From the human T2T-CHM13v2.0 reference genome, Homo sapiens, in NCBI RefSeq assembly GCF_009914755.1, contig NC_060947.1: a stretch of DNA of 64,000 nucleotides. One strand, given 5' to 3'. The position numbers and the translations under genes are program-made. A model generated the notes under the pieces. That model had not been told where the DNA came from. It was given only the letters and a program-made list of their open reading frames with translations, and searched no databases. Below are positions 1-13,040 of the stretch, one piece after another; within the stretch, counting starts at the first letter, position 1; each line of letters opens with the position of its first letter.

Positions 1-132
1 ACACCCATATACTCATGTTCCAGATTTAAAAACTCTTAATAATTTTTATATTTCCTTGTAGCCTTTGTGTGTATGCTTTTTTAAAAAAAGACCACAAGTT
101 ATATAGATGTATTCTTTTTTCAGGTTTAAAGG

Positions 133-1220
133 TTTTTTTAACTTTTATTTTGGGTTCAGGGATACATGTGCAAGTTTGTTATATAGGTAAATTGCATGTT
201 GTGGGAGTTTGGTGTATTGATTATTTCATCACCCAGCTAATAAGCATAGTACTCAATAGGTAGTTTTTTGATCCTCACCCTGCTGCCACCCTCCACACAC
301 CCTCCACCCTCCACCCTCAAGTTGGCCCCAGTGTCTGTTGCTCCCTTCTTTGTGTCCTTATGTACTCAATGTTTGGCTCCCACTTGTAAGTGAGAATATA
401 CAGTATTTGTTTTTCTGTTCCTGTGTTAGTCCACTTAGGATAATGGCCTCCAGCTCCATCCATGCTCCTGCAAAGGACATGATCTCATTTTGTTTACGGC
501 TGCATAGTATTCCATGGTGTATATGTACCACATTTTCTTTATCCAGTCTACCATAGATGGGCATTTAGGTTGATTCCATGTCTTTGGTATTGTGAGTAGA
601 GCTGCAATGAACATACACCTGCCTGTGTCTTTATGATGGAATGATATATAGTCCTTTGGGCATATACCCATTAATGGGATTGCTGAGTCTAATGGTAGCT
701 CAATTTTAAGCTCTTTGAGAAATCTCCAGATGGCTTTCCACAATGGTTGAACTAATTTACACTCTCTCCAACAGTATGTAAGTGTTTCCTTTTTTCCGTA
801 GCCTCACTGCCATCTGTTGTTTTTTGACCTTTTAATAGTAGCCATGCAGACGGGTGTGAGATGCTATCTTATTGTGATTTTGATTTGCATTTCTCTAATG
901 ATCATTGATACTGAGCTTTTTTTTATATGCTTGTTGGTTACATGTATTCCTTCTTTTAAAAACTGTCTGTTCATGTCCTCTGCCCACTTTTTAATGCGGC
1001 TGTTTGTTTTTCTCTCGTAAATTTAAGTTCCTTATAGATTCTGGACATTAGACTTTTGTCAGATGCATAGTTTGCAAAAATTTTCTCCCATTCTGCATGT
1101 TTACTCTTTTGATAGTTTCTTTTGCTGTGCATAAGGTCTTTAGTTTAATTAGGTCGTATTTCTCAATTTTAGTTTTTATTACAGTTGCTTTTGGTGTTTT
1201 CATCATGAAGTCTTTGCCAG
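133..1220 (-). mobile_element. 5'-truncated LINE-1 3' end, L1PA13-16-like
   Basis: T-rich start followed by an antisense L1P 3'UTR (ttcagggatacatgtgcaagtttgttatataggtaaa). Minus ORFs 435..743 and 358..564 match the ORF2p C-terminus (WNQPKCPSMVDWIKKMW). Confidence 0.9.
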
Positions 1221-1239
1221 TTTTTTTTTTAATATATAA

Positions 1240-1975
1240 GATGTAATACTCCTCTTTGACTGTATTTCCAGACCATTGCTCTCTCCCTGTTCCTCAGAGA
1301 CAACCACTATGATGGGTTTGATATTCATCCTTTTAATACTTTTACATATAGCAATAGAAATTTAGAAACAAGATATAATATTTCTAAGTTTTGAAAAACT
1401 ATATGTATGGAATTGTTCCATGCATTTCATTCTGCAATTTGTTTGTTTTTTAAATTTAACGTTGTTTTAGGGCTATTCTTACTGATTGATATAGCTCTGA
1501 TCTCTTTCTTTTAGCTGGATAGCAATCCATTTCATTAAAATTCCGTATTTTATCTATTCCTTTAATGATGGATGTTTGGATTATTCTTAATTTTTTTTTT
1601 TTGCTATTCCTGACAATGCTGTAATAAACATCCATTTATGTGTCTTCTTGTATACATAGTCAAATATTTCTCTAGGGTGTACACCCAGAAGGGGAAATGT
1701 TAGGTTGTAGGTTTGACATCTTTCTCATTTTACTAAATACTGTTACATTCCTCTCCCAAGTGGCTGTTTCAATTTACACACCGAAAAGCATGGTATGAGA
1801 TTATCTGTTTATTCATCCTCCTTCTCTATACTGATGATTGTCACACTTTTTAATTATGGTTAGTCTGATGAGTAAAAGATGCTCTCTCATTGTAGTTTTA
1901 ATTTACATTTCCCTGATTACTGGTGAGATTGAATTTCTTTTCATATGTTTATTGACCATTTATGTTTCCTCTGGA
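1240..1975 (-). mobile_element. Old L1M (L1MC/ME-like) 3' fragment
   Basis: Degenerate antisense L1 3' motifs (caaccactat, tctctagggtgtacacccagaagg, ttttaatttacatttccctgattactggtgag). Confidence 0.65.
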
Positions 1976-2289
1976 TCCATTATATGCTTACATTATCTCT
2001 GCTGATTTTTTCCTACATACAGAAAAAGTACACTCAAAAGCATTTATGCATAAAAAGAAGCTGGAGGAAGAGGGAAAACCATTTTCAGTATTGTTTACTA
2101 GAGCAGTTTTCTTTAATCTACCTGAATAAGATGACTTCATTGTGCAATTTCATTTTAGGAAGAAGAGACTACGGTATCACATTCATTTACTGCATAGATG
2201 TTATCTAATCACAAAGCACCTTCAAAACCGATACAAATTCTATGCAACTTCCTTCAAAATTAACACATTAGCATGCTTTAAGTAAACAT

Positions 2290-2410
2290 CAGTGTGTAAT
2301 AGCTAAAACATGGGTTTTGGAGTCAGAAGGAGTTGGCTTCCTATTTCAGTTCTGCCAGTTTCTTCCTAGAAGGAACTTGGGGAGTCCATTTAGTGTCTCA
2401 GAGTCATTAG
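2290..2410 (+). mobile_element. MIR fragment
   Basis: tgggttttggagtcaga...tctgcca...cttggggagtc...tctcagag resembles the MIR 5' part and core. Confidence 0.65.
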
Positions 2411-2933
2411 TATATTTTCTTGGACTCTTTTTCAGCACCAGACTCAGCGTTCACCTCTCCATCCACTTCCTTGTTATAATTCCTGGCATTTTCATGATAA
2501 TTATACAGCCTGGCTTCACAGTCTAGAATTTTTCATTCGGACACTGTCTCCTTGCTACTTCTGTTGACCTATTAGTATGGTCTCACATAGAACCAGGTTA
2601 TTACTTATGATCCACCTCCAAGAACCCCAACTTCAAACTTTTTCTTTCTGGCCATCGTGCTCCTTCATTTCTGATCCTTCACTTTTCTTGTTATATTATC
2701 TTCCATCCCACTAGCTCTACCCTATCTTCACAGGTCCTCAGCCCCTTTTCTCTTTACCAGCTTGTCTAGCAGTCTAAAGCCTTGTTCGACAATGCCTTCT
2801 CTCTCCAGGGCTCCCCTGGTCCTTCCATTGCCTCCACCTGGTAAGTCCTCAGTCCCAAACACACCTGCTGTGAGTTTTCTCTGCTCTTCCCATCATGAGC
2901 TAGTCAGCACCAGGATAATTCGATTACATACAG

Positions 2934-3092
2934 CAGTGGTTCTCCAAACATGGGTCCTGGACCAGCAGCATCCACATCACCTAAGAACTTATTAAAAGTG
3001 TACATTCTTGAACCCCACCCCAGACCTACTGATTTAGAAATTGTGGGGCTGGGACCCAGTAATCTGTGTTCAACATGCCCTCCAGGTGACGT
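2934..3092. mobile_element. MER5A (hAT-Charlie MITE), partial
   Basis: TIR cagtggttctccaaa; internal accagcagcatccacatcacc...ccccaccccagacctactga...gccctccaggtga. Confidence 0.8.
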
Positions 3093-3159
3093 ACTACACC
3101 TTCTTGACCTCAGCTGAGGTTTCTTGACAAATCTATTAACTCTTCAGTTGAATGCCTGC

Positions 3160-3308
3160 CAAAATTTTCAAACTAAAGTGCAGATTCCCCAATGTTAACA
3201 ATTCTAATTTAGTATATCTTAGTGCAACTCAGGAATCTGCATTTCTAATATGCATTCCATGAGTTCTGATTCAGGAGTGTCTGTGGACCACACCGTGGCA
3301 AACATTGG
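3160..3308. mobile_element. MER5B-like MITE fragment
   Basis: caggaatctgcatttctaata...tctgattcagg...ggaccacacc...aaacattg. Confidence 0.6.
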
Positions 3309-5080
3309 GGAAAAAAGAACCCTCATGGTAGTCTTCTAATACCACTAACCTCAACCCATCTCTCGAAAAAGACATGGCCTCTCTTTTGAGCTCAAGGAGT
3401 TGAAAGCTCAATCCGATTCTTTCCTCCCTCCTCTGATAACTCATTCAATTACTTCCCACTTATGTTCCCCCACATACGGAAATCTGTTTTATGTTTAAAA
3501 ACGTTTCCATGACATTGCTACACCTTTGGATTCTAATTTTATTTTATTCCATTTCTTCTTTAAGTATTTGCAAGAGTGAAGTAACCACACAACTTACATA
3601 TCTTCACGCTCACACTCACTCACTTCTACCACCGTCAACACTTCACTGAAATTATTCTCTTGACGTTTCCTAAAGACTTCAAAATTGTCCAATCAAATGA
3701 CCTTGTCAGTTTACTTCCTCCTCTCCCATTCTAAAATTTTATTCTGATGACCACCCTCTCTTATTAAAACTCTCCCTTCGACTGGCTTCCCATGACAACA
3801 ACTTCTCTCGGTTTCCCTTCTATGGCTCAGATTTCCCCTTCTCTTTCTCTGTTTTGTGGCTTCCATCCCTCCAATTCTCTCAGTGAAGAGTATGTTTTCC
3901 TTGCTCTTCTCTTTTCTTTTTCACATATGTTAATCATTTTTTTCACTTTCAATTGAGCTGTAATTGACATACGATAAAATTCAGCATTTAAAAAATGCAA
4001 TTCAATAGATTTTGTTATATTCACAGAGTTGTGCAACCACCATCACGGTGTACTTTCAGAATATTTTTATCACCTCCCTCCTGCCCCCTCAAAGAACCCA
4101 CCCTGTACCCATTAACAGCCACTCCCTATTCCTCCCTCCCTGCTGCCTCTGGCAACCACTAACCTTTTGTCTCTACGGATTTGCTTATTTGAGACATTTC
4201 GTATAAATGGAATCATACAATATGTGGCCTTTTGTGTCTGGCTTCCTTCACTTAGCATGATGCTCTCAAGAGAGATCCATGTTGTATCATGCATCAGAAT
4301 TTCATTCTTTTTATGTCCAAACAATATTTCATTGTATAGTTATATCATATTTTATCCTTTCATTAGTTGATGGAAATTTGATTTGTTTCCACCTTTTCAC
4401 TATCATAAATATTGCTACCATGAAATTTTGTGTACAAGTTTCTGTGTGGACATATATTTTCAATCCTTTTGTATATATACCTAGGAGTTCAGTTGCTAGG
4501 TTATATTTTAGCTCAATGTTTAAGTTTTTAAGGAACTGCCAAACCATTTTCCAAAGCAGCTGCATCATTTTGCATTCCTACCAGCAGTGTATGAGGATTC
4601 TGGTTTCTCCACATCCTTACCAACACTTGTTACTGTTTTTATATTTTAATTATAGCCACCCTAATGGGTGAGAAGTGGTATAATTTCATGATTTTAGTTT
4701 GCATTTCCTTAATGACTAATGACGTTGGTAATCTTTTCATGTGCTTATTGGCTATTTGTATATCTTCTTTGAAAAATATCTATTCTTACTTTTGCCCATT
4801 TTAAAATTGGACTATTTTTCTTTCTTTCTTTTTTTTTTTTTTTTTTTTTTTTTTGAGCTGTCAAAGCTCTTTGTGTATTCTGGATACTACTCCAGTATCA
4901 GATTTATGTGATTTGCAAATATATTCTCTCTTCTTCTATGGGTTGTCTTTTTACTTTCTTGATAGTATCCTTTGTGTATAAATGTTTTTAATTTTGATGA
5001 GGTCTAAGTTATCTATTTTTTCTTTCCATGTTTATGCTTTTGATGTCATATCTAAGATTCCACTGGCAAATTGAGGTCAT

Positions 5081-6029
5081 TCTCTAGAAGGCTGTGTATG
5101 CTCTGAATCAGCATCTAATATATGGTAGTGTTTCTCCCGTATCCAGGATTCATGTGTCCAGGAATCAAGGGGTAGAAGGGGAAGTGGCACCACTCACCAC
5201 CAACCCTAGTGACCCACTAGGAAAATTTTTGCTTCCTGTTCCTGCGACATTATGTTCTGCTGGCCTAGAGGTCTTAGTTCCAGAGGGAGGCCACCAGGAG
5301 ACACAACAATGATTCCATTAAACTGGAAGTTAAGGTGACTACCTGGCCACTTTGAGCTCCTCCTGCCTCTAAGTCAACAGGCTAAGAAGGGAGTTACAGT
5401 GCTGGTTGGGGTGATTGACCTGGACTATCAAGATGAAATCAGACTACTACTACACAATGGAGGTAAGGAAGAGTATGTGTGGAATACAGGAGATACCTTA
5501 GGGTGTCTCTTAGTATTACCATACCCTGTGATTAAGATCAATGAGAAACTACAACAACCCAATCCAGGCAGGACTACAGGTGGTCCAGACCCTTCAGGAA
5601 TGAAGGTTTGGGTCACTCCACCAGGTGAAAAACCATGACCAGCTGAGGTGCTTGCTGAAAGCAAGGAAATACAGAATGGGTAGTAGAATAAGGTAGTCAT
5701 CAGTACAAGCTATGACCATGAGACCAATTGCAAAAACAAAGACTGTAATTGTCATGAGTATGTATACACCTGTACTAAGAAAATATCCTTGTTTTATCTC
5801 CTTTCTTTTTCCTTTATCATGTGACATAAGATTTATTGACTTCATATTAGCATTTAAATGTTGTTAACTTTCTGTATTAGCATTTAGGTTAAGTATTAAT
5901 ATGCTTCCAGTTGTACAAAGGGTAGCTGTACTATGTTAGGTATAATTATGACCTTATTATTGTCTTTATTTGGAGATTAAGTATGATTTCAGGAGATGCG
6001 TATGGGTTCAAGTTGACAAGGGGTAGACT
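5081..6029 (+). mobile_element. HERV-L internal 3' fragment (integrase tail, dUTPase, PPT)
   Basis: Integrase C-terminus-like ORF 5094..5312, a dUTPase motif downstream, and a purine tract (gacaaggggtagac) directly before the LTR. Confidence 0.88.
5240..5535 (+). pseudogene. Disrupted ERV-L dUTPase
   Basis: ORF 5399..5638 contains GVIDLDYQDEIRLLLHN (dUTPase motif 3, GxIDxDYxGE). The upstream part is broken by a stop and a frameshift. Confidence 0.8.
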
Positions 6030-6610
6030 TGTGATGGTTAATATTAGGTGTCAACTTGATTGGATTGAAGGATGCCTAGATAGTTGGTAAAGTATTGTTT
6101 CTGGGTGTGTCTGTGAGGGTGTTGCCAGAGGAGATTGACGTTTGAGTCAGTGGACTGGGAGAGGAAGACCCACCCTCAGTGTGGGTGGGCACCATCCAAT
6201 AGGCTGCCAGCACTGGTAGAACAAAGCAAGTGGGAGAAGGTGGGCTAAGCTGGCTTGCTGAGTCTTCTGGCTTTCATCTTTTTCCTGTGCTGGATGCTTC
6301 CTTCCATTTCTCCTGCCCTTGAACATCAGACCCCAGGCTCTTCAGCTTTTGGACTCTTAGACTTACACCTGTGGTTTGCAGGGGGCTCTTGGGCCTTTGG
6401 CCACAGACTGAAGGTTGCACTATTGGCTTCCCTGCTTTTGAGGCTTTTTGGACTCCAACTGGGCAACTACTGGCTTCTTTCTTCCCCTGCTTGTGGAAGG
6501 CCTATCGTGGGACTTGGACTTGTGATAGTGTGAGCCAATTCTCCCCAATAAATTCCCTGATAGGATATATATAGCCTATTAGTTCTGTCCCTCTAGAGAA
6601 CCCTAATACA
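6030..6610 (+). mobile_element. MLT2 (MLT2B-like) ERV-L 3' LTR
   Basis: Begins TGTGATGGTTAATATTAGGTGTCAACTTG, has AATAAA near 6547 and ends ctagagaaccctaataCA. Confidence 0.92.
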
Positions 6611-9600
6611 GTTTTACCCCTATATTTTCTTCTAAGAGTATTAAAGCTGTAGCTTACAGCTAGGTCTCTTATCCATTTTGAATTAATTTTTGTCTATGAT
6701 GTGAAGGGCTCAATTTCACTTTTTGTTTTTGCATCTAGATATCCAATTGTACCAGCACTATTTGTTGAAAAGACTATTCTTTCCTCATTAAACTGTTCTG
6801 GAAACTTTGTTGAAAATCAATTGATCATAAATGTAAGAGTTTATTTATTGACTTTTAATTCTATTTCATCTGTATCTCTATTCTTATGCTAGTACCATGC
6901 TGTCTTGATTACTAGTAGCTTTCTAGTTGATTTTGAAATAGAAATGTGTGAGTTCTCAAACTTCATCTTTTTCAAAATTGTTTTGGCTATTCTGGATCCC
7001 TTGTAATTCCATAAAAACATTAACATTAACTTCTCAATCTCTGTAAAATATCCAAGTGGAATTTTGTTAGGGATTGCATTGAATCTGTGGATCAATTTTG
7101 GGAGTAGTGCCATTTTAATAATATTATGTTTTCTAATCAATGAACATGGAATGTCTTTCAATTTATTTACATCTTTAATTTCTTTAAATAATGCTTTGTA
7201 CTTTTCAGTGCAAAGTCTTGTACTTCTATGGTTAAAGCTATTTCTAAATATTTTGTTCTTTTTGATGCTCTTATAAATGGAATTATCTTAATTTTGTTTC
7301 CCAGTTGTTCATTGCTACTGTATAGAAATACAGTTGACTTTTTTAGACTTTGCTATAACTATTTTTTGGATATTGATCTTGTATTTTGCAACATAGCTGA
7401 ATTCATTTATTAGTTCAAATAGGTTTTGTTGTGAATTGCTTAGGATCTTCTATGTGCAAGATCATGTCATATGTAAATACATACAGTTTTACCTCTTTTT
7501 TAAAATCTGTATTGCTTTTATTTTTTTTCTGTCTAATTGACCTGTCTAAAATCTCCAGTACAATATTATATATAAGTGGCAAGATCAGACATCCTTGTCT
7601 TGTTCTTGATCTTAGGGAGAAAACTTTCAATTTTTTGCCATTAAGTATGTGTTAGCTGTGTGTTTTTCCTAGGTGCCCTTTATCAAGTCGAGTAAATTCC
7701 CTTCTATTTCTAGTTTGCTCAGTGATTTTATCTTGAAGTTGTGTTTAATTTTGTCAAATGCATTTTCTGTATCTTTTGAGACAATCATGTGGGTTTTTAA
7801 AAATCCTTTATTCTATTAATACAGTGTATCACATTGATTGCTTTTTGTATGTTGAAGTAACCTTACATTTATAGAATAAATCCCACTTGGCCATGGTGTA
7901 TAATCCCTTTTATATGTTGTTGGTTTCCATTTGCTAGGATTTTGTTGAGACTTTTGCATCTATAATCATAAAGTGTGTTAATCTGTAGTTTTCCTGTCAT
8001 GACTGCCTGGTTTGAGTATCTGGGTAATACTGACAATATATAATAAAATGGAAAATATTCCCTCCTTTTCTATTGCTTTAGAAGAGCTTGTGAAGTTTGG
8101 TGTTAATTTTTCTTTAAATGTTTGGTGCAATTCACCAGTAAAGCCATGTAGGACAGGGCTTTTCTTTGTGGGAAGTTTATTTTTATTAATAGCTCAATTT
8201 CTTTATTTATTATAGATATACTCAAATTTTGTATTTCTTTTTGAGTCAATTTTGTAGTTTGTTTCTTTCTCAGAATTTGTCCATTTCATTTATGTAATTT
8301 ATTGACATGCTATTGTTTATAGTATTCCCATATAATTCTTTTTATTTTGGCAATGTAAGTTCCCCCTTTCCTTCCTGATTTTAAGAATTTGCGTCTCCTC
8401 TCTTTTATCTTTGGTCAGTATAGCTAACGGTTTATTAATTTTGTTAATTGTTTCAAAGAGCCAAGTTTGATTTGATTGATTTTATTCATTGTTTTTCTAT
8501 TATGTATTTCATTAATTTTTGCTCTAATCATTATTATTTCCTTCCTTTTCTTTGCTCTGGGTTTAAGTTGCTTTTCCTTTTCTAGTGTCTTAAGGTAGAA
8601 GTTTAGGTAACAGATTTGCTATCTTTTTTCATTTTTAATAAAAATATTTACAGCTGTAAATTTTCCTATAAGCACTGTTTTCACTGTATTTCATATGTTT
8701 TGGTGTATGTATTTTTGTTTTCATTCATCTCAAAGTATATTTGAATTTCCCTGTGATTTCTTCTTTGACCCATTTGTTATTTAAGAGTTGGTCTCCATAT
8801 AGTTGTAATTTTCCCAAATTTCCTATTACTTTCTAATTTCATTCCACTATGCTTGAAATACATACTTTGTATAATTTTAATTCGCTTAAATTTACTAAGA
8901 TTTATTTTATGACCTAATATATGGTCTAACCTGGATAACGTTTCATGTGTACTTGAGGAGAATGTGTATTCTGCTGCTGTTGGATGAAGTGTACTAGAGA
9001 TGTCTTTTAGGTCTAGTTGATTTATAGTGTTGCTCAAGTCTTCTATTTCGTTGTGGATTTTCTGATTCCTGTTCTGTTTTTGAAAGTGGATATTGAAGTC
9101 TCCAAATTTAATTGTTATATTATCTATTTCTTCAATGCTGTGAAGTTTTCCTTCATACATTTTAGGACTCTGTTGTTAGATGCATACCTGCTTGGAATTA
9201 TTTTGTCTTCTTGATGAATTAACCCTTTTATCCTTATATAATGTCCTTGCTTGTCTTTAGTGACAAATTTGTCATCTTAACTCTATTTTTGTCTGATATT
9301 AGTATAGCCATTTCATCTCTCATTTAGTTACTGTTTGCATGGTATGTTTTTTTTTCCATCTATTTACTTTCAACTTTTTTATATCTTTAAATCTAAAGTG
9401 TGTTTGTAAAGCATGGACATAATTGGCCATCTCAACAGAGGCCATGAATAGAGATGGGACTATTCAGCAGAAACACTGCCATGTGAGACTAAAGAAAACA
9501 AAGAAAATGTCATAAAATGAAGGAAGACTGTTGGACTTCTTAGACCTTATAGGACTGGACCATAAAGCTATTTCTATCTCTTTTGATATTCTCTGTTTGG

Positions 9601-12324
9601 TCAGACCTCATTCTCATATTTCCTTTAGTTCTTTAGAAGTGGTTTCCTTTGGTTCTTTGAACATGTTTAAAATAGTTTATTTAAAATTTTGTCTAACAAG
9701 TCTAATGTCTGGTTTCCTTAAGTATAGTTTCTATTCACTGCTTCTTTTCTTGCATATGAGCTACAATTTCATATTTCTTCTCATGTCACATATTTTTGGT
9801 TGAAAACTGGACACTTTAATAAATTGTGGTAACTCTCAAAATAAGATTATGCCCTCTCCCTAGGGTTTCTTGTTGCTGCTACTTGTTGTAGCTGTTATTA
9901 TATCTTTCCTTAGTGACTTTTATGAATTGATTCTGTAAAGTTTGTATTCTTTGACATGTTTGGCCATAAGTTTCTGTTCTGTTAGCTTAGCGGTCAGCTA
10001 ATTATTGGACTGAGATTTCCTTAAATATCTGAAATCAGTAATTCTCCCAGTCTTTGCAGAAAGGCCCTGTATGTGTTTTGGCCCATGCCAGCAACACTCA
10101 GGAAATTTACAGCCCTATCATAGCCTTTACTTCCTGCTTACGCAAAACCTCAATGTCAGCTAAAGGTGAGTGCTTAGAGCCTTCTCAGGCTCTTTCCTGT
10201 ATGTAAACATAGCCTTGGGAATGCACACAGCCCTATGTATGTGCATGGCCTTCTTGGATTACTAGGAATGTAGTGGATCTTTCCAAAGTCCTCTGTGAAC
10301 ATCTCATTCTCTAACAATTTCTTTTGTTTTTTTTGGCCTGGTTCTTGTATGCTCCAATTGCTATCACTACTTCAGGCAGCTGCCTTGTTGAACAATTGCT
10401 GCTGATTGTTTTCACAAATGCCTCCAGGAATTTTTCTATACTGTCTGCACTGAGTGAAGTCTGGGTCAGGTCAAATAAAGGCAAGTCTTGCGAATGAGGG
10501 TTTACAGATAACTGCTAGATACATCAACTAATGACAGTTCTCTAAGAATGGTGTATTTAGGAGACTCCAAAAACATTCTGTCCTTTCAACTTCTGCTAGG
10601 CTATTGGGATGGGAATAGGGAAAGTTAAAATGTTCCAAAGCTTACTGCCCTTAATGAGATTTAGTAATTTTTCTTTAATAAATGCTCCTCATATTGTTGC
10701 AACCTTTTGGTTAATTTCCAGACTTCTGAAAATGTTGATTTTGACAGTTTTTGCCAGTGTTCTCTTTGCTTTTATGGGGGAACTGGCATTACGGAGATCC
10801 TTACTCTGCTTTTCCTGTTGATGTCATCACTGTTAATTTAATATTGGCTGCTACATCTGTGTTCCCATTTCACTTGACCTCCACCTGAATTTCCCTTGAT
10901 ACATACCTCAAATTTAATAAGTTGTAAATAGAACTAATAGTCTCTTTCCTCAAATTTGCTCCTGCTTCCAATGTTCCTGTTAAAGGCTTTACTGCAAGGC
11001 CAGAGAAAATTAAGCTGGCAAAGCAGATGGAGGAGTCATCAAAATGGCAGTAAAATTTAATTATAATTATCTGTGTTAATCTGGTGCTGCTGGGTGTGAA
11101 AGGAATGAAAAGATTATGAATTGGAAATTTAGGAATTTGATTCACAAGATTGACACCAAAATTCCCACTGCCTCTGTACTCTCAGACTCAATTGAATAAT
11201 TATTTGTGCTGTGCAATTAATTGCTTGCTCCACAGACCAGCTGAATTATAACCCACTTCACTGAATTTCCTACACGTAGTAGGTGCTCAATAAATGACTA
11301 ATAGCATAAAACTTAAGTAAATAACATAAATAGGTTTCTTTTATTCTCTCACTCACTCTGTTTCTCTGCCTCATAAACCAGGGATCTTGTCTCTTTCCCA
11401 GCTGGAAATTTCTCTAAAAAGTCATGAATATAATTACTTTTTAAAGTATTTCATTGACATGTCAACCTGAATTATATATCAAAGAGAGTCCAAATGAGAG
11501 TTTGGTATGAGATATAAGACCTAATATGATTTCATGCCTCCTTGTGGGCATTTAATAAATATTAATTGTGCTGGGAGCCAATCTAGCAAATGATGGCTGA
11601 ATCTGTTATTGCCCATCTTTTACATTTCATACCTGTATACTTGACACAGAACACTGGAAATCAAGGACTGGCATTCACCACAATGAAATAAACAACAAAA
11701 TTATTAGCAGGGACCATGGCCCATGGAGCTGACCTAAAATAGTAAAGTCCTTCATTTAGGCCTTTAAGGAAAAAATGGCACTGAAAGTCTCAGGACAGGC
11801 CCACATGACATAAGTATATCTAAACTATTTTTTACAGTGGAAGATTTTTACTTTACTGTTTCCATGTGCATGAATGTGTGCATGCGTATGAGAGAGAGAA
11901 AAAAAAGAGACAGAGGGAATTGTGTAGACATATCTGAATGTTATATTCACTGTTCCTCAAGCTGAAAGCTTTATACAGTAAGACAATGGAATGTAAAAAT
12001 GAAATAAAAATTCATTAATAGATGCCTACATGAAATATTTCAAACATTTAAACATTATGTATAATTATTTTCCTTAAAATTAAATAAAAAATAAATATAT
12101 GTATTTATCTGAGTAAATACATTCTTGGACAATAGTGAGTTCTCATCATTTGCTATGTGAATGAATGAATGAACAATGAATGAAAACAGTTTCTCTTAAA
12201 AATTAAATGGAAATACAATGTTGCATGTAGGTATTTAAGTAAATAATGTTTGTGTCTTTTGCAAAAACATAATCAAGTCCACTGTCTAGTGTGTTACTTA
12301 ATGTCCCTTATTAAAGGAAAGATA

Positions 12325-12430
12325 TTTTTTATCAGTCTCTTATAAAAACTGAGGCTAGGGTATTATGTTAACTGTCTAAAGATACAGTATTATGTTAACT
12401 GTCTAAAGATGTCTGGCCCAGGTTCAAGTA
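12325..12430 (-). mobile_element. MIR fragment carrying a 24-bp tandem duplication
   Basis: aaaactgaggctaggg...taactgtctaaagat. The 24-mer gtattatgttaactgtctaaagat occurs at 12360-12383 and 12387-12410. Confidence 0.55.
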
Positions 12431-12431
12431 C

Positions 12432-13040
12432 TTTTTAAAAAATTTTTTAACAAGGGATAGTTTACATATAGTAAGGTGCGTGTATCTAAAGGGTACACAA
12501 CTTGATGAATTTTTACCCACTTTGAGAAATGAAACATTTACGTATCAGTAGACTCCCTCATGCCCCCTCTCAGTCAATACCCTTGCCCAAAGGCAACTAC
12601 TTTCCTGACTTTTTACAACAAAAATAAATATTGTCTGGTTTTGAACTTTACATAAATGGAATTATATAACATGTATTCCTTTCTGTATGAATCCTATCAC
12701 ACCACATAATCTACATTGTTGCGTGTAGCACTAGTTTATTCTTTTTCATTGTTGTGTAGTATTCCATTGTATCAACATAACACATGTTATTTATTCAGCC
12801 TACTGCTAATGGACATTTGACATGGTCTCCGGTTTTTGGCTATTTTGAATACTACTCTATGAACATTCTTTTGTGACCATAAACACATTTCTTTGTTGGG
12901 AATAAAACTCTGTGTCATATGATATGGGTAAATTTAACTTTAGTAGATACTACTAAAGAGTTTTCCAAGGTGAGTCTACCAATTTTCATTACTACTAGCA
13001 ATGTATGAGAGCTCCAGTTGCTTTACATCACGCGCATTAT
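12432..13040 (-). mobile_element. L1MC/MD-like 3' fragment
   Basis: tttacatatagtaaggtgc...cttgatgaatttttac; ttgtgtagtattccattgta; ctagcaatgtatgagagctccagttgct. Confidence 0.75.

Larger units (their letters stand above)
2420..3890 (+). mobile_element. LINE-2 relic, interrupted by MER5 elements and L1MB; resumes at about 10850-10985
   Basis: Pyrimidine-rich L2-like text (ctgatgaccaccctctcttattaaaactctcccttc...ggcttcccatgacaaca). L2 continuation at 10870 (cctcaaatttaataagttgtaaatagaac). Confidence 0.55.
3937..10830 (-). mobile_element. Near-full-length L1MB-type LINE-1, split by an ERV-L insert and internally deleted around ORF1
   Basis: L1MB 3' end (aattgagctgtaattgacatacgataaaattc) and ORF2-like minus ORFs 4329..4568, 6889..7161, 7415..7630 (RT) and 8777..9160 (EN). 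L1M 5' sequence at 9573-10830. Possible TSD remnant tgttaat at 3928-3934 and 10831-10837. Confidence 0.85.
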
